A stretch of 63,684 bases of DNA, the filler included, from Octopus bimaculoides (Eukaryota), in NCBI RefSeq assembly GCF_001194135.2. It is 3 parts of 2 records of this genome, joined end to end, with 100 filler letters (N's around TTAATTAATTAA, not from the genome) between each part and the next. Parts side by side here need not be neighbours in the genome. Positions count along the whole stretch, not along the records: positions 10,913 to 40,422 come from NC_068982.1; 2 more parts are not named here. One strand, 5' to 3'. The notes under the pieces were generated by a model. The model was not told the origin of the DNA. It saw only the letters and a list, made by a program, of their open reading frames with translations, and ran no database searches. This document shows positions 26,277 through 39,334 of the stretch, piece by piece. The first letter of the stretch is position 1. Each line of letters opens with the position of its first letter. Both the position numbers and the translations under genes were made by a program.

Positions 26277-26926
26277 TTCTTTCAGTCATTATACTGTGTC
26301 CATTCTGGGACACCATCTTGAGGGATTTTTTCGTCGAATGAATCGATCCCAGTACTTTTTTTTTTGTTAAAGGCTGGTACTTATTTTACCGACTTCTTTT
26401 GCCAAACAGNNNNNNNNNNNNNNNNNNNNNNNNNNNNNNNNNNNNNNNNNNNNNNNNNNNNNNNNNNNNNNNNNNNNNNNNNNNNNNNNNNNNNNNNNNN
26501 NNNNNNNNNNNNNNNNNNNNNNNNNNNNNNNNNNNNNNNNNNNNNNNNNNNNNNNNNNNNNNNNNNNNNNNNNNNNNNNNNNNNNNNNNNNNNNNNNNCA
26601 CATACATAAGGAAAATAAGACAAGGTAGAAAATGCTAAAATAATTTTATTATGGAATACATTTTGCAACGGTTACTACCGGTTTCAGTCTTTTCGACTTT
26701 TCGCCACCAATGAACAACCAAACTTTAGAATTTTTCCCCTCTATAAATTCAGAAGACGGGTTTTTTTTTTTTATTGTTTCCGTCTACTGAATCCGGTCAC
26801 AAGTCTTTGGTCGGTCCGAGACTAATGCAGAAGTTACTTACCCAAAGTGTCATGCAGTGGAACTGAATTCGGAACAATGTGGATGGGAAGCAAACTTCTT
26901 AACTTACACCTATGCCATACGCCTGT
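26277..26926 (-). mobile_element. CORE-like SINE, full length, with an N gap in the internal microsatellite
   Basis: Tail at 26277-26409 and head at 26770-26926 (gaagcaaacttcttaac; gtttccgtctac) in consistent orientation. Confidence 0.8.
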
Positions 26927-27342
26927 CCGTTATATGTAACTGAGACAGTTTTTAAGTTAAAAAAAAAGAATAGCTATCTATTATATCATATTTAATCTTT
27001 ACACACTATCGATAGGCTAGTTACTGCAATATTTGTTTCGTATGGATTTGAAGCCCAATAAATATTAGAGACAGACGAAAATTCATCTCAGAAGCCGCCA
27101 CATGTACTTCGGCCCCTATGTAATTTTCAAATGGCGCGTGTTTGCAGCCAGCCATATACTCAAGTGAGATTTCATCGTTTCTGATATAGGAAAAAGTCAA
27201 TAAAACATTCAGTGATGTTACAAATAACCGCCCGGTTGATTAAAAATCCAGTATACGCAATTTAGACATTATTTAATTAAAATAGTCAAGTATCTACCAT
27301 ACTTAATGCATACACATTACTGATAAGCCAATTACTGTGGTA

Positions 27343-27788
27343 CGAGGTCTGATCAAAAACTATCGGGACTTGTATTATAAAAAGAAAACTACAACACATA
27401 ACAATTCGGCATTTAATGTCCTTCGAAGAAGTCCTCTTCAGGAGTCACACACTTTATCCAGCGGTGTTTCCATCGATGCAAGCATCCCTGGAACTCCTTT
27501 CTTGGGGATAGCGAACAGCTGCTTCGTCACATTTTCTTAGGTTTCGTCGTCATCTTGAAATCTTGTCCTTTTCAAGTGGTATTTGATTTTTACCTTGGTT
27601 TCGTGGTTATATCCATAGACCCACTATTCCTCACCTGTCTTCCTTGGCACAATCAAGGAGATCCTGCACAGCTGAAACCCGATCTGAGATAAGTGGGACG
27701 GCAAAGGAACATATGGAATAATTTCAAAAACACGCACAATGAACATGGATATGTTCTCTACTTCAGTAGTTATCGACCAAGTATCAGC
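27343..27788 (-). mobile_element. Internally deleted mariner (DD34D) remnant
   Basis: TA + TIR cgaggtctgatcaaaaact; minus strand TGEE*WVYGYNHETK joined directly to KIKYHLKRTRFQDDDE..IPKKEFQGCLHRWKHRWIKCV..FEGH. Confidence 0.85.
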
Positions 27789-28016
27789 GCATACACACAC
27801 ACACACACACACATATCCTACTAACGCTACTTTGTTTACCGTCCGGTCCAAATACCTCATTGTTCTTGTTATCGTTCTTGTTTCATGGGGTTTTTTTTCC
27901 TTTTTTTTTCTTTTTTTTTTTTTCCTTTTCGTGTCTGACTTTCATATCCGCTCATCACCAGCCTATGCTGCTGATACCGAGAAATTGAACAATATTATCG
28001 CAGGTGTCAAAATTGA

Positions 28017-28122
28017 GCTGATACTTGATCGATAACTAATGAAGCAGACAACAAATCTACGTTCATTGTGCGTGTTTTTGATATTATTCCATATGTTCCT
28101 TTGACGTCCCACTATCTCAGAT
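28017..28122 (+). repeat. Inverted duplicate of mariner segment 27682-27788
   Basis: ~106-bp reverse-complement match, near perfect over the outer 60 bp. Confidence 0.85.
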
Positions 28123-28234
28123 TTTTTATTAAATCAGTTCTAACTGGGGTCAGTTAGAATTTTCTTCTGGTCGAACAACCCATCCTGCTCAAAAAGCCTG
28201 TGAAAAAGGCTTGTTTCAGAATGATGAACGAAAA

Positions 28235-28430
28235 CATGTTTCCAGGGAAGGGTGAGTTCTTCAAATCCCAAAGAATCCCTCTCAAAACATGCCTATAATG
28301 CTCCCTGTACTACTGATCGGGATCTCTTGCTCATGATCAAAGATACACATATCGTCAGCCACTAAGGGACGTGCTCAACTAGTTATGGTAAAGCAACTAA
28401 CAAGCAAAACTGTGGTACTGAGCAGTATGT
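28235..28430 (-). mobile_element. Recurrent SINE-like repeat (third family), fragment
   Basis: atcgtcagccactaagggacgtgctcaac is the reverse complement of the block at ~55075-55105. Confidence 0.65.
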
Positions 28431-28536
28431 TTACCGTAGTCCATCTTTTACACCAAAACAAAATATGTACATTTACATATACGCATGTACATTTGTATTT
28501 ATTAGTATTCATACATTTATGTATATATGTATGTAT

Positions 28537-28572
<36 letters not shown>

Positions 28573-28663
28573 ATAATAACAACAGATGGATTGTGGTTCA
28601 CTACAGCTGTTTCAGGTGTGTTTTTCATTGATGAACGGAAGTTTTATATCATGCAAAAAAACG

Positions 28664-28754
<91 letters not shown>

Positions 28755-28772
28755 TAGATATGTATGTAATAC

Positions 28773-28807
<35 letters not shown>

Positions 28808-29414
28808 TGTATGTGTATATATATACCGAAAGTATAACGTAATTGTTATGTGTCTCATATTAGAGATTCTTCAGTTGCGTCGTATCTTATTTCCATTGAC
28901 ATTGTTCGCATAACTCAAAAAAATTTCATTAGATTTGACTTTATTGAATACATTCAATCAAAAATGTCCCATTTTGGATTAGTTGAACTGTTCAGGTTGA
29001 AACCATGTATATGATACATATGTGCGTGCAATCATAAATTATTAATGAACATAAAAGTTTCTGTCTTTGTTTTAATTATTCAAACAATTTTGCTGATATA
29101 ATTAATAAGTCCATTTCATAGTTTTATTACGCCATACGAATTTATATGAAGCCATCCATCATTTTCTGTACATGTGATTGAGGAAGATGGAGAAATGAAT
29201 GTGAGGTGTTTGCGTGTGTTTTATATGTTTTCTGTGTTTGTATACGTAATATGTGTGTGCGTATGTATGAGCGCGAGCGTATGTTCTTGCGTGCGTGTGT
29301 GTGTGTGTATGCATGTCGCGTGTCCGTGTATGCATGTGTGTGAGTGCGCACGCATGGTGTGTGTGTCTGTGGACGTAGTGTTCATGAATACGCTGCTATA
29401 TGGAGAAGTCAAAG

Positions 29415-29646
29415 GGCAGCGAGATGGCAGAAACGTTAGCACACTGGGCGAAATGCTTAGCGGTATTTCGTCTGCCGCTACGTTCTGAGTTCAAATTTCG
29501 CCGATGTCGACTTCGCATTTCATCCTTTCAGGGTCGATTAAATAAGTACCAATTACGCACTGGGGTCGATGTAATCGACTTAATCCCTTTGCCTGTCCTT
29601 GTTTGTCCCCTCTATGTTTAGCCCCCTGTAGGCAATAAAGAAATAC
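29415..29646 (+). mobile_element. Monomeric Meta/MESC-like tRNA SINE with 15-bp TSD
   Basis: atggagaagtcaaag at 29400-29414 and 29647-29661; matches monomer 1 of the dimer. Confidence 0.92.
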
Positions 29647-29689
29647 ATGGAGAAGTCAAAGAACTTTCACCAAACCTTTCTTTAGGTTG

Positions 29690-29955
29690 GCCACACTGCC
29701 TTCAACGCTCGCGTGCAAAAGGGTGGTTCTCTTGCGGTTACGTATCCGAGGTTTGACCTTGATCACTCCGGTTTTCTTTCGTGTGTTACAGAGTAAAACA
29801 TGACCGCTCCGCTAGTTGTGTGCACCAAGGAAGAACAGAGATCAGTGATCTGATTTCTCTGGTCTGAAGGTGTGCCAGGCTTTCAGTACAAGATGGAGAC
29901 AGCGCTCTACCGCGTAGAAATCTATATGATTGGATCGATGAGAGATCTGTCAATG
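29690..29955 (+). mobile_element. Mariner 5' fragment (transposase N-terminus, decayed)
   Basis: From ATG at 29800: MTAPLVVCTKEEQRSVI*FLWSEGVPG..LSVQDGDSALPRRNLYDWI, a mariner HTH region. Confidence 0.75.
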
Positions 29956-30575
29956 TTTATTCGATCGCTACAAAGTACCCGGTAATTCCCGGGAAAGCGG
30001 GACTTATCCCTTGGTTCCGTTCTCATAATTGTTTCGCGAATCTAATAACAACAATACAAAGTATGTAGCTCTTAAAACAGCTTTTGTGCATTTACAGAGA
30101 ATACCAAACTGTCTTACACAGGATCTTGTTTTTAGGAATTCCCAATAGTTATGAATACCCAAATTGTGAAGTCTTACCCGATAGTAATAATTCAAATGAA
30201 GTAGCCCCGAAAAGGGCTTTAATGCGTTCCCAAAGTATATAGAACATAGGAGGAAACACTAATAAGGCTTGTATACTAAAATCGTGAAGCATGTTACGTA
30301 ATAACAGACTAATCAGGTATGAGATAATAACAATTCAAAGTAAATAACTCTGAAAGGGCTTTTGTGCGTTCCCAGAGAATATTACCCTCAAGGGCGCTAG
30401 TGTTGGTATATTCGAGAATAAGTCACTAACTGAAATAAGTGGATTTGTTGTTTAGAAAAGTACTATTTACTTGGTTAAGGGTTGTACTGGATAAATTGCG
30501 AAAATAACTCTAATAGTTCAAATACTAAGAAATAAGCATACTCGGTTTCCTTTTTACCAAATAATTTAGGAAAAG

Positions 30576-30623
<48 letters not shown>

Positions 30624-30654
30624 CATATGTATATACATATATGTATATATGTAT

Positions 30655-31040
30655 ATTGTTTATCTTGTTTCATGAAGGACACCACCTAGAAGGGCTTTTA
30701 GTTGAATAAATTGATTCTAAAACTTATATTTTAAGCCTGGCTCTTATTCTGCTGGAATTTTTTGTCGAACCACTAAATTACGGGGACTTAAACAGATCGA
30801 CACCGGCTGTCAAGCGCAGTGGTGGGGCACACACGCGTGCATGCATATATACATATATACGTATATAGAAATGGTGGACTTCTTTCAGTTTCCCTCTACC
30901 AAATTCACTCACAAGATATTGGTCGGCTCAGGGCTATAGTAGAAACTCTTGCTGAAGGTGCCATGCAGTGAAACTGACTGAACCCGAAACCATGCGGTTG
31001 CAAAGAGAGATTCTTAACCATACAGCCATGCCTGCGCCTA
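30655..31040 (-). mobile_element. CORE-like SINE, full length, diverged
   Basis: Reverse tail, internal (TA)n, cttctttcagtttcc..ctcacaag..ggtgccatgcagtg..gaacccgaaacc head. Confidence 0.8.
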
Positions 31041-31504
31041 AGTGTCAGTAAAGAACTGGGGTCGACTTCCTCGGCCCTAGCCGTCCTCTAACGCATGTGG
31101 CTTTTATGCCTATGTTAAACCATCGTTATTTGTTTTTATGTTATAAATCTGACACAATTTTGCAGCATCACTAGGCATCGTGTCAAGTAGCTCGCCTGGA
31201 TACTGTAGCACCCCTGGTGAAAAAAACATGATATATGTTAGCTACAAACATATTTCATATAAGTACAGCCTCACTAGAGGTGACATTTCAGTTAAGCACA
31301 GATGTTTTATTTGTTTTGAGGGGTTTTTTTTCTTTTGGTTTTGCTTTGTTTTGTTTTGTTTTGCATAAAACAACGAAGATGACGGCGGCGGCGGCGGCGG
31401 CGGTGGCGCGACGGCAATGACGATGGTTCCTTCTTAGTTTGTTTTCTTTGCTTCATTCTTTCCTATTTTTTCTTTTTCATTCTTTGCCTTTTTCTACAGC
31501 CTTC

Positions 31505-32300
31505 GTCTCACTTCGCTTCATCATCATCATCATCATCATCATCGTCGTCGTCGTCGTCATCATCATCATCGCCGTCGTCGTCGTTGTCGTCATCACCACC
31601 ACCACTACCACCACCACCACCATCACCACCACCATCATCATCACCACCACCACCACCACCACCACCATCGTCTTATTTTTGTTTTTTCTCAAACTCTTTC
31701 CATCACCCATTCTTATCTCACCACTGTCATCATCTTCATCTTCATCTTCCCTTTCATCTTCATCTTCCCTTTCATCTTCGAATCGCTATTGCGTCGGACA
31801 AAATGCTTCACGGCATATCTTCCGGGTCTTTACTTTACGTCCTGAGTTCAAATTCCACCAAAGTCGAGTATGCCTTTCATCCTTTCGGAGTCGACATAAT
31901 AAAGTACCAGTCGAGTACTGGGTCGATGTAATCGACTAAACCCCTCCAGAATTTGAAACACTTACTATTGTTATTGTTGTTGTTGCTGTTGCTCTAGTTG
32001 TTGTCGCCTGCTCCTCCTTTCCTCCTCCTCCTGTCCTCCTCCTCCTCTCCTCCTCCTCCTCCTCATTTCCTCCTCCTCCTCATTTCCTCCTCCTCCTCCT
32101 TTCCTCTTCCTCCTCCTTCTTCTTCAGTCTTAACTTCCCTTTTCTTTTCTTCTTTACCATCCCTTCTTCCCTCTCCGTTTCATCCTTATTCCCCTCCTAA
32201 TTTTCATTGTATTTGGTTTTCATCCTCCTCCTCCTCCTCATCATCATCATCATCATCATCGGTTTCCTCCTCCTACACTTCACTAACCATGACAACTTTG
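31505..32300. repeat. (CAT/CGT/CAC)n and (CCT)n arrays surrounding a SINE
   Basis: Direct reading. Confidence 0.85.
31785..31955 (+). mobile_element. Meta/MESC-like SINE
   Basis: ctgagttcaaattccacc..gcctttcatcctttcggagtcga..aagtaccag..gggtcgatgtaatcgact. Confidence 0.8.
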
Positions 32301-32412
32301 TAATAATTAATCAGCTGGGTTTCTCTTACTTCGGTGCAAAAGCCCTTAGAGATATTAAAGAAAGTCTAACTAAATAAGTTTTTAACATTTGAAATCTAAC
32401 TATAAGTTAACT

Positions 32413-33190
32413 ATGGGTGCAGGAGTGGCCGTGTGATAAGAAGTTTGNNNNNNNNNNNNNNNNNNNNNNNNNNNNNNNNNNNNNNNNNNNNNNNNNNNNN
32501 NNNNNNNNNNNNNNNNNNNNNNNNNNNNNNNNNNNNNNNNNNNNNNNNNNNNNNNNNNNNNNNNNNNNNNNNNNNNNNNNNNNNNNNNNNNNNNNNNNNN
32601 NNNNNNNNNNNNNNNNNNNNNNNNNNNNNNNNNNNNNNNNNNNNNNNNNNNNNNNNNNNNNNNNNNNNNNNNNNNNNNNNNNNNNNNNNNNNNNNNNNNN
32701 NNNNNNNNNNNNNNNNNNNNNNNNNNNNNNNNNNNNNNNNNNNNNNNNNNNNNNNNNNNNNNNNNNNNNNNNNNNNNNNNNNNNNNNNNNNNNNNNNNNN
32801 NNNNNNNNNNNNNNNNNNNNNNNNNNNNNNNNNNNNNNNNNNNNNNNNNNNNNNNNNNNNNNNNNNNNNNNNNNNNNNNNNNNNNNNNNNNNNNNNNNNN
32901 NNNNNNNNNNNNNNNNNNNNNNNNNNNNNNNNNNNNNNNNNNNNNNNNNNNNNNNNNNNNNNNNNNNNNNNNNNNNNNNNNNNNNNNNNNNNNNNAAAAC
33001 ACAGACACACAAATGCATACAATGTTTACGTCCCCGTAACTTAGCGACTCAGCAAATGAGATGGACAGAATAAGTACTAGGCTGACAAAGAATAAGTCCT
33101 GGGGTCGATTTGTTCAACTAAAGGCGGTGCTCCAGCATGGCCCCAGTCAAATGACTGAAACAAGTAAATGAAATAAAAGAAATAAGTGAA
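32413..33190 (+). mobile_element. CORE-like SINE spanning an N gap
   Basis: Head ggtgcaggagtggccgtgtgataagaagtttg before the gap; canonical tail after it. Confidence 0.85.
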
Positions 33191-33282
33191 ATGATGTGAA
33201 GTGAAATGATTCTAATCTGGAATCGAAACCAAGAATCGTCTTTTGCCGTAAATAAATGACGAAATATATTTTATCTCTATTT

Positions 33283-33480
33283 TTTTATCTTTTACTTGCT
33301 TCAGTCATTAGACTGTGGCCATGCTGGGGCACTGACTTGAAGAACTTTTAGTCAAATGAATCGATCCAGTACTTATTTTTTGAGCCTGGTACTTATACTA
33401 TCGGTCGTTTTGCCGAACTGCTAAGTTTCAGGAATGTAAACGCACTAACACTGGTTGTCAAATGGTGGTGGGGGGCAAAC
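33283..33480 (-). mobile_element. CORE-like SINE 3' half, tail-to-tail with the previous copy
   Basis: cttcagtcattagactgtggccatgctgg..tacttatactatcgg. Confidence 0.8.
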
Positions 33481-35026
33481 ACACACACACATACACACAC
33501 ACACACACACACATACACACACACACACACACACACGCACATAGGTGGAGCAAGCTGTGATTATTGAAAAATGGACAAATTGAGATTGCTTAAGAATATG
33601 GCAGCTTAGAATTTGTTAAACTGGTCCAATTTTATAGTAAAGAAAGAAGAATACGGATGCAAAATCTATTTTTACTTCTCATAGATAATAAAGAGGAGTG
33701 TGTTAAATTATATCCTCTAATATTTAGGGGCGAGTTAGTGGCTGGTATTCGTCAGTTTGAGAACCCCTGATCGAGTGGACATTTGTAGTTGTCATTCCAA
33801 AACTGTGATGGCGATGATTAAAGCAAATTTCTCAGCATCTTCACGAAGTTGTGGAAATTACAAAGATATTTTGTAGATCATTCTGAGCAGCGAGGAAAAT
33901 ATTTCCAATCTCAACTCGTTTTCTTTAGGCTTGTAACGACCGTGCGATGCGAGATAACGAGAATGGTTCTTTAGTACATCACACGGTCGATAAATAAATA
34001 TAATTGGAATAATGCATATATGGGCCAGAGGCAAAAAGAGAGAGACACAACCGAGTAGAATGCTTAAGAGAAGATTTATTGATATGTTAACATGTGTCTG
34101 TGTGTGCGTCATATAAGAATAACAATGCAGGAGACAGTGAAAGAGTCTATAATGAGAAGTTAGAAGAATGTTCATAGACACAAAAAATGAGAACACCAGT
34201 TCGTAGTCAATTGTACACGGTAGTTGAAATACTGTATCATGAAGTTGCGGCCATGATGCTGAGCCGGTTGCCGTACATGTCGTACGTGAAGTTGTGGCTG
34301 TAATGCTGCAGCCTGAGTCACTTGGTACAGGAGTTCTCGCTGATTGTATATTTGCTGTTGATCCATGGTGAAGTAATTCACGAACAGTGGAGGTGAAACC
34401 TAGGCGAGTTGTTTATTGAGCTGTGTACGTAGAGCGATGATGTTGACGACGTTAAGAAGATGATGAGGTTGATGAAGAAAGAGATTGCCGTAATGCTGTT
34501 GGACGAAGTTGATAAGTCTCAACGTGGCTATTGTTATGTTGTCTTTGGAACTGGCTGTCTTGTGTGGTCAGTGACTAGACCTTAAAATGTCTGGAACCAA
34601 AGACGTCGAAACGAGGAGAAGCTGGGTTTTTATTAGGAGATGTAGGCTCAAAACTGGATAGAGAACAGGCTGTCTCACGTGATTTTATTTAGAGGCTCCG
34701 GTTAGTTATACGCTGAAGACTGGGGTGATAGAGTAAGAGACAAATTGCGCCAATACCAGCCAATCAGAGTAGTAGACACAACGGGGTCCAAATAGCGACC
34801 AAAAGCTAGTTGTTACCTGCTACGTTCGAATGCACGTATATATAATAAAGGGGAGAGAGGAATTTCACTCGAGTGTACGTTACAGGTTTTAAAACCGGTA
34901 CAATGTTATTTGAGGGAGATTTAGCTGGTATTTCTAACAAGCTAGATGACTGAGTAGAGGTTCCTTTGTAAGCTTAGGAGTAATGTATTTGTAAATAAAT
35001 GCTTTCAATATTCAGGTCGCTAGTCA

Positions 35027-35223
35027 GAATCGTTACTGCGCCGGACATAATGCTTAGCTGCATTTCGTCCGTCTTTACATTTTGAGCCCAAGTTCCGCCG
35101 AGGTCGACTTTGCCTTTCATCCTTTCGGGTTCGATAAAATAAGTACCAGTTGGGCATTGGGGTCGTTGTAATCAACTTAACCCCTCCCCTGAAATTGCTA
35201 GCCTTCTGCCAAAATTTGAAACC
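35027..35223 (+). mobile_element. 5'-truncated Meta/MESC-like SINE with 20-bp TSD (1 mismatch)
   Basis: aatattcaggtcgctagtca (35007-35026) and aatatttaggtcgctagtca (35224-35243). Confidence 0.88.
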
Positions 35224-35811
35224 AATATTTAGGTCGCTAGTCATTTGAGTGAACAGTTACTAGATGACAAAGAAATTTCAAGCGTATACTTAACTGCGTT
35301 CATATATGCAGCAGCGTACGTACATAGTTACATGTATGTATATCGTTGAGAGACCCTCACGTTTGAAAGAGGATTAACCTCGGATTAGGGGTGAGATCTT
35401 GTTGCCAAAAATTGCTGAAATCCTTTTAAAGCACCACCCACAAATCATATAATTTCTGCTTTGACAACTTATTTTTCACTAGTATCAAGTTAATGAAAAT
35501 GATGAAGGAAAGGTAAATCTAAACAAAAGGAATTAATCGTGCCAACAGATTTGATTTGAAAATTTCCCATTGGCTAAATAAACGGGATTTAGGAAAAAAG
35601 AAAATGCCATCATTTGTTCTACAACTAATTCGAGCAATGAAATGACAAAAATCTTATTGTTTAACCCTGGATCAAACCTGATCGAGCTGACCTATAAACA
35701 AAGGCTTTCCACTTGTGACCATCCCTACTTTCTTTGTTTTTGTGCATCAGTGACTGTCCAATGTGATCTTTCTTTTGTTAAGATAACGATTTCTGATTTA
35801 AATGATAGTTT

Positions 35812-36020
35812 CTAATTTTGGCACAAGGCCAGAAAATTTTGAGAGAGGGGATTAATCGAAACCATTGATCCTAGTGCTTGCTGGTACTTATTTTATCGAG
35901 CTTGAAAGAATGAAAGGCAAAATTAACCTCGGCTGGATTTGAACTTGGAACGTAAAAAGCTGAAACAAATGGCACAAGGCATTTTCTCCGACTTTCTAAA
36001 CAATTATGCCAGCTCACTCT
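35812..36020 (-). mobile_element. Meta/MESC-like SINE, diverged
   Basis: gctggtacttattttatcgag..gaatgaaaggcaaaattaacctcggc..atttgaac. Confidence 0.75.
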
Positions 36021-37068
36021 TTTCGTTAAGATAACAGGATGTGATTAAGGCGGTGAATTCTTAAAGTCGCCAAAGCATCGACTAAAATATCTTATGGTAT
36101 TTCTTCCAGTTTTCCGCACTTTAAATCCAAATACTGCTTAAGTCAACTTTTGGGATCGATAAATAAAGTATCGGCACAGAACGATTAGATTGACAGAACT
36201 GTTAGAGCATCGTATAAGATGCTTTGCGGTATATTATCGAACTTATGTGATCTGAGGACAACGCCTGAAATGAGATTGATTCCACTATGCCTTTATCGTG
36301 CGCAACACCGGATGCGTTAAAGAAGGGAGATCTGCATAGAAAGGCAATTGTTAGTTATCCATAAAAAATATTGTTAGTCAAGTAGAGAGAATTTACCAGG
36401 TGCTGGCCGATGGTCTCAAGAGATCTATGAAAGCAACCGGCAGGTGGGATTTGATAGAAATTTAGCTGCAATTGCTAACAGATCGAGCGATCATATAAAA
36501 CAGCAGTTGCCAGCTTTTTACTATTGTGATCCATTTTGGAAAATCAGTAATCTTCCGTAACCCACCCCGACTTTTTTTTTTAAACATTTAAATAAAAAAA
36601 AAACTACACGATACTCTTAACATTTTATATTTTTCATGGGAGAGAATTTTTCGGTATTTGCTTTCAATGAATGTCAAGTTCTACACGGATCTAGAGGCCC
36701 ATTTCTGATTTATGTATGTTGTGGATTACTGTCAATAAATGAATACTNNNNNNNNNNNNNNNNNNNNNNNNNNNNNNNNNNNNNNNNNNNNNNNNNNNNN
36801 NNNNNNNNNNNNNNNNNNNNNNNNNNNNNNNNNNNNNNNNNNNNNNNNNNNNNNNNNNNNNNNNNNNNNNNNNNNNNNNNNNNNNNNNNNNNNNNNNNNN
36901 NNNNNNNNNNNNNNNNNNNNNNNNNNNNNNNNNNNNNNNNNNNNNNNNNNNNNNNNNNNNNNNNNNNNNNNNNNNNNNNNNNNNNNNNNNNNNNNNNNNN
37001 NNNNNNNNNNNNNNNNNNNNNNNNNNNNNNNNNNNNNNNNNNNNNNNNNNNNNNNNNNNNNNNNNNNN

Positions 37069-37107
<39 letters not shown>

Positions 37108-38275
37108 AAGACGTAATATGAGGGAAATTTAACGGCTATTTCGAGCAGACCTTTGTTGACTCATAATAATTTTGGTTCAAATTGTTTGGGTAAGACTTTG
37201 AAGGGGAGACAGCATAGCTGATTGCACGGATACCAATAAATTGTTAGTTCGAGTTATATCGACCCGAGATGAAAGCAAAAGTAGACTCAGGTGGGATTTG
37301 AACGCAGAATGTACTAAGAACTAAATATTGATTCCTTACGTTGGAACAAGGCCATAATTGTACTGGGACGAGGAAGAAACGCAGTAACTGATATTTATTT
37401 TATCGTCATGAGAGTGATGAAAAGAAAGTTAACTCCAAAGGGACGAAACTATTAATGAATACCAAATTAGTACTCATAGAGCGTTGAAATGGGATGTTGT
37501 AACGTTGATTCCTCTCCTAAAATACACTTCAACGTAAATTAAGTGAAACAACTTTCAAAAGAGAATCGAAAATACAAAGCGTACCAGTTGTTGCTAGTTT
37601 AACCTCTTTGCTCTGTGACGCTCGCAAAATATGAATACAAAAGTACCGAGAATACCTTGCGAACAGGGAATTGTTTCACTTCTAAAATATTTATAAAATA
37701 AGTATTTATAGAAGTGCTCACATGAGCCATTCAAAAACTAGGTGCGGATGAAAGTTGTTCAGATCATATGAATATAACTTAGGGGGAGGGGTTGAAATGT
37801 AGGTCCTGGATTTTGCGGTACACTCGGCGAGGCGGCATTTAAGGTTCAGTTTGGTTGGAGTGCAGAGAGTGAATTTGTTTAGTACTCTACCAGTTCCTTA
37901 TTCCCATTTTATTTTTCTTTATGCATTTTTTTTTTTTTTTTCCTTTCCATATTTGTCTTTGAAACCCTTTCGAAAATATTTCGACCTTAAAACTGGGTGG
38001 CGATGGGATTCTTTTATGCAGACGATCCTGTTTTCTATATAGAGTCAATCAAGGAGCTGTTATAAAAAAGAAAAATATTAAAAAAATACGAAGCCTTGAA
38101 AAGAAGCCAGNNNNNNNNNNATATATATATATATATATACGTAAATGTATATAAACATATACGTACTTATACATGCACATATATGTTACATATATATACA
38201 TGTATATACATACATACACACACACACACACATATGTACTATGTATGTATGTATATAATATATAACATTAATCGT

Positions 38276-38313
<38 letters not shown>

Positions 38314-38419
38314 CATACATACATATATACATACATACAGATGGTCAGGCAGACAAACAGACAAACAGGTAGACATACAGACATACATACATATATATAT
38401 ATAAATGTGTGTGAGTGTA

Positions 38420-38476
<57 letters not shown>

Positions 38477-39334
38477 CAAAAACACAATAACAAAAAAACA
38501 AAAAAACAACAAAGTGAGGACGTGATATGGATAGTATTATTGGACGCTCAGGNNNNNNNNNNNNNNNNNNNNNNNNNNNNNNNNNNNNNNNNNNNNNNNN
38601 NNNNNNNNNNNNNNNNNNNNNNNNNNNNNNNNNNNNNNNNNNNNNNNNNNNNNNNNNNNNNNNNNNNNNNNNNNNNNNNNNNNNNNNNNNNNNNNNNNNN
38701 NNNNNNNNNNNNNNNNNNNNNNNNNNNNNNNNNNNNNNNNNNNNNNNNNNNNNNNNNNNNNNNNNNNNNNNNNNNNNNNNNNNNNNNNNNNNNNNNNNNN
38801 NNNNNNNNNNNNNNNNNNNNNNNNNNNNNNNNNNNNNNNNNNNNNNNNNNNNNNNNNNNNNNNNNNNNNNNNNNNNNNNNNNNNNNNNNNNNNNNNNNNN
38901 NNNNNNNNNNNNNNNNNNNNNNNNNNNNNNNNNNNNNNNNNNNNNNNNNNNNNNNNNNNNNNNNNNNNNNNNNNNNNNNNNNNNNNNNNNNNNNNNNNNN
39001 NNNNNNNNNNNNNNNNNNNNNNNNNNNNNNNNNNNNNNNNNNNNNNNNNNNNNNNNNNNNNNNNNNNNNNNNNNNNNNNNNNNNNNNNNNNNNNNNNNNN
39101 NNNNNNNNNNNNNNNNNNNNNNNNNNNNNNNNNNNNNNNNNNNNNNNNNNNNNNNNNNNNNNNNNNNNNNNNNNNNNNNNNNNNNNNNNNNNNNNNNNNN
39201 NNNNNNNNNNNNNNNNNNNNNNNNNNNNNNNNNNNNNNNNNNNNNNNNNNNNNNNNNNNNNNNNNNNCAGGTACGCCAGTGCATATACATATACATATAT
39301 ATGTATGTATACCTGTATATGTGTATGTATATAA

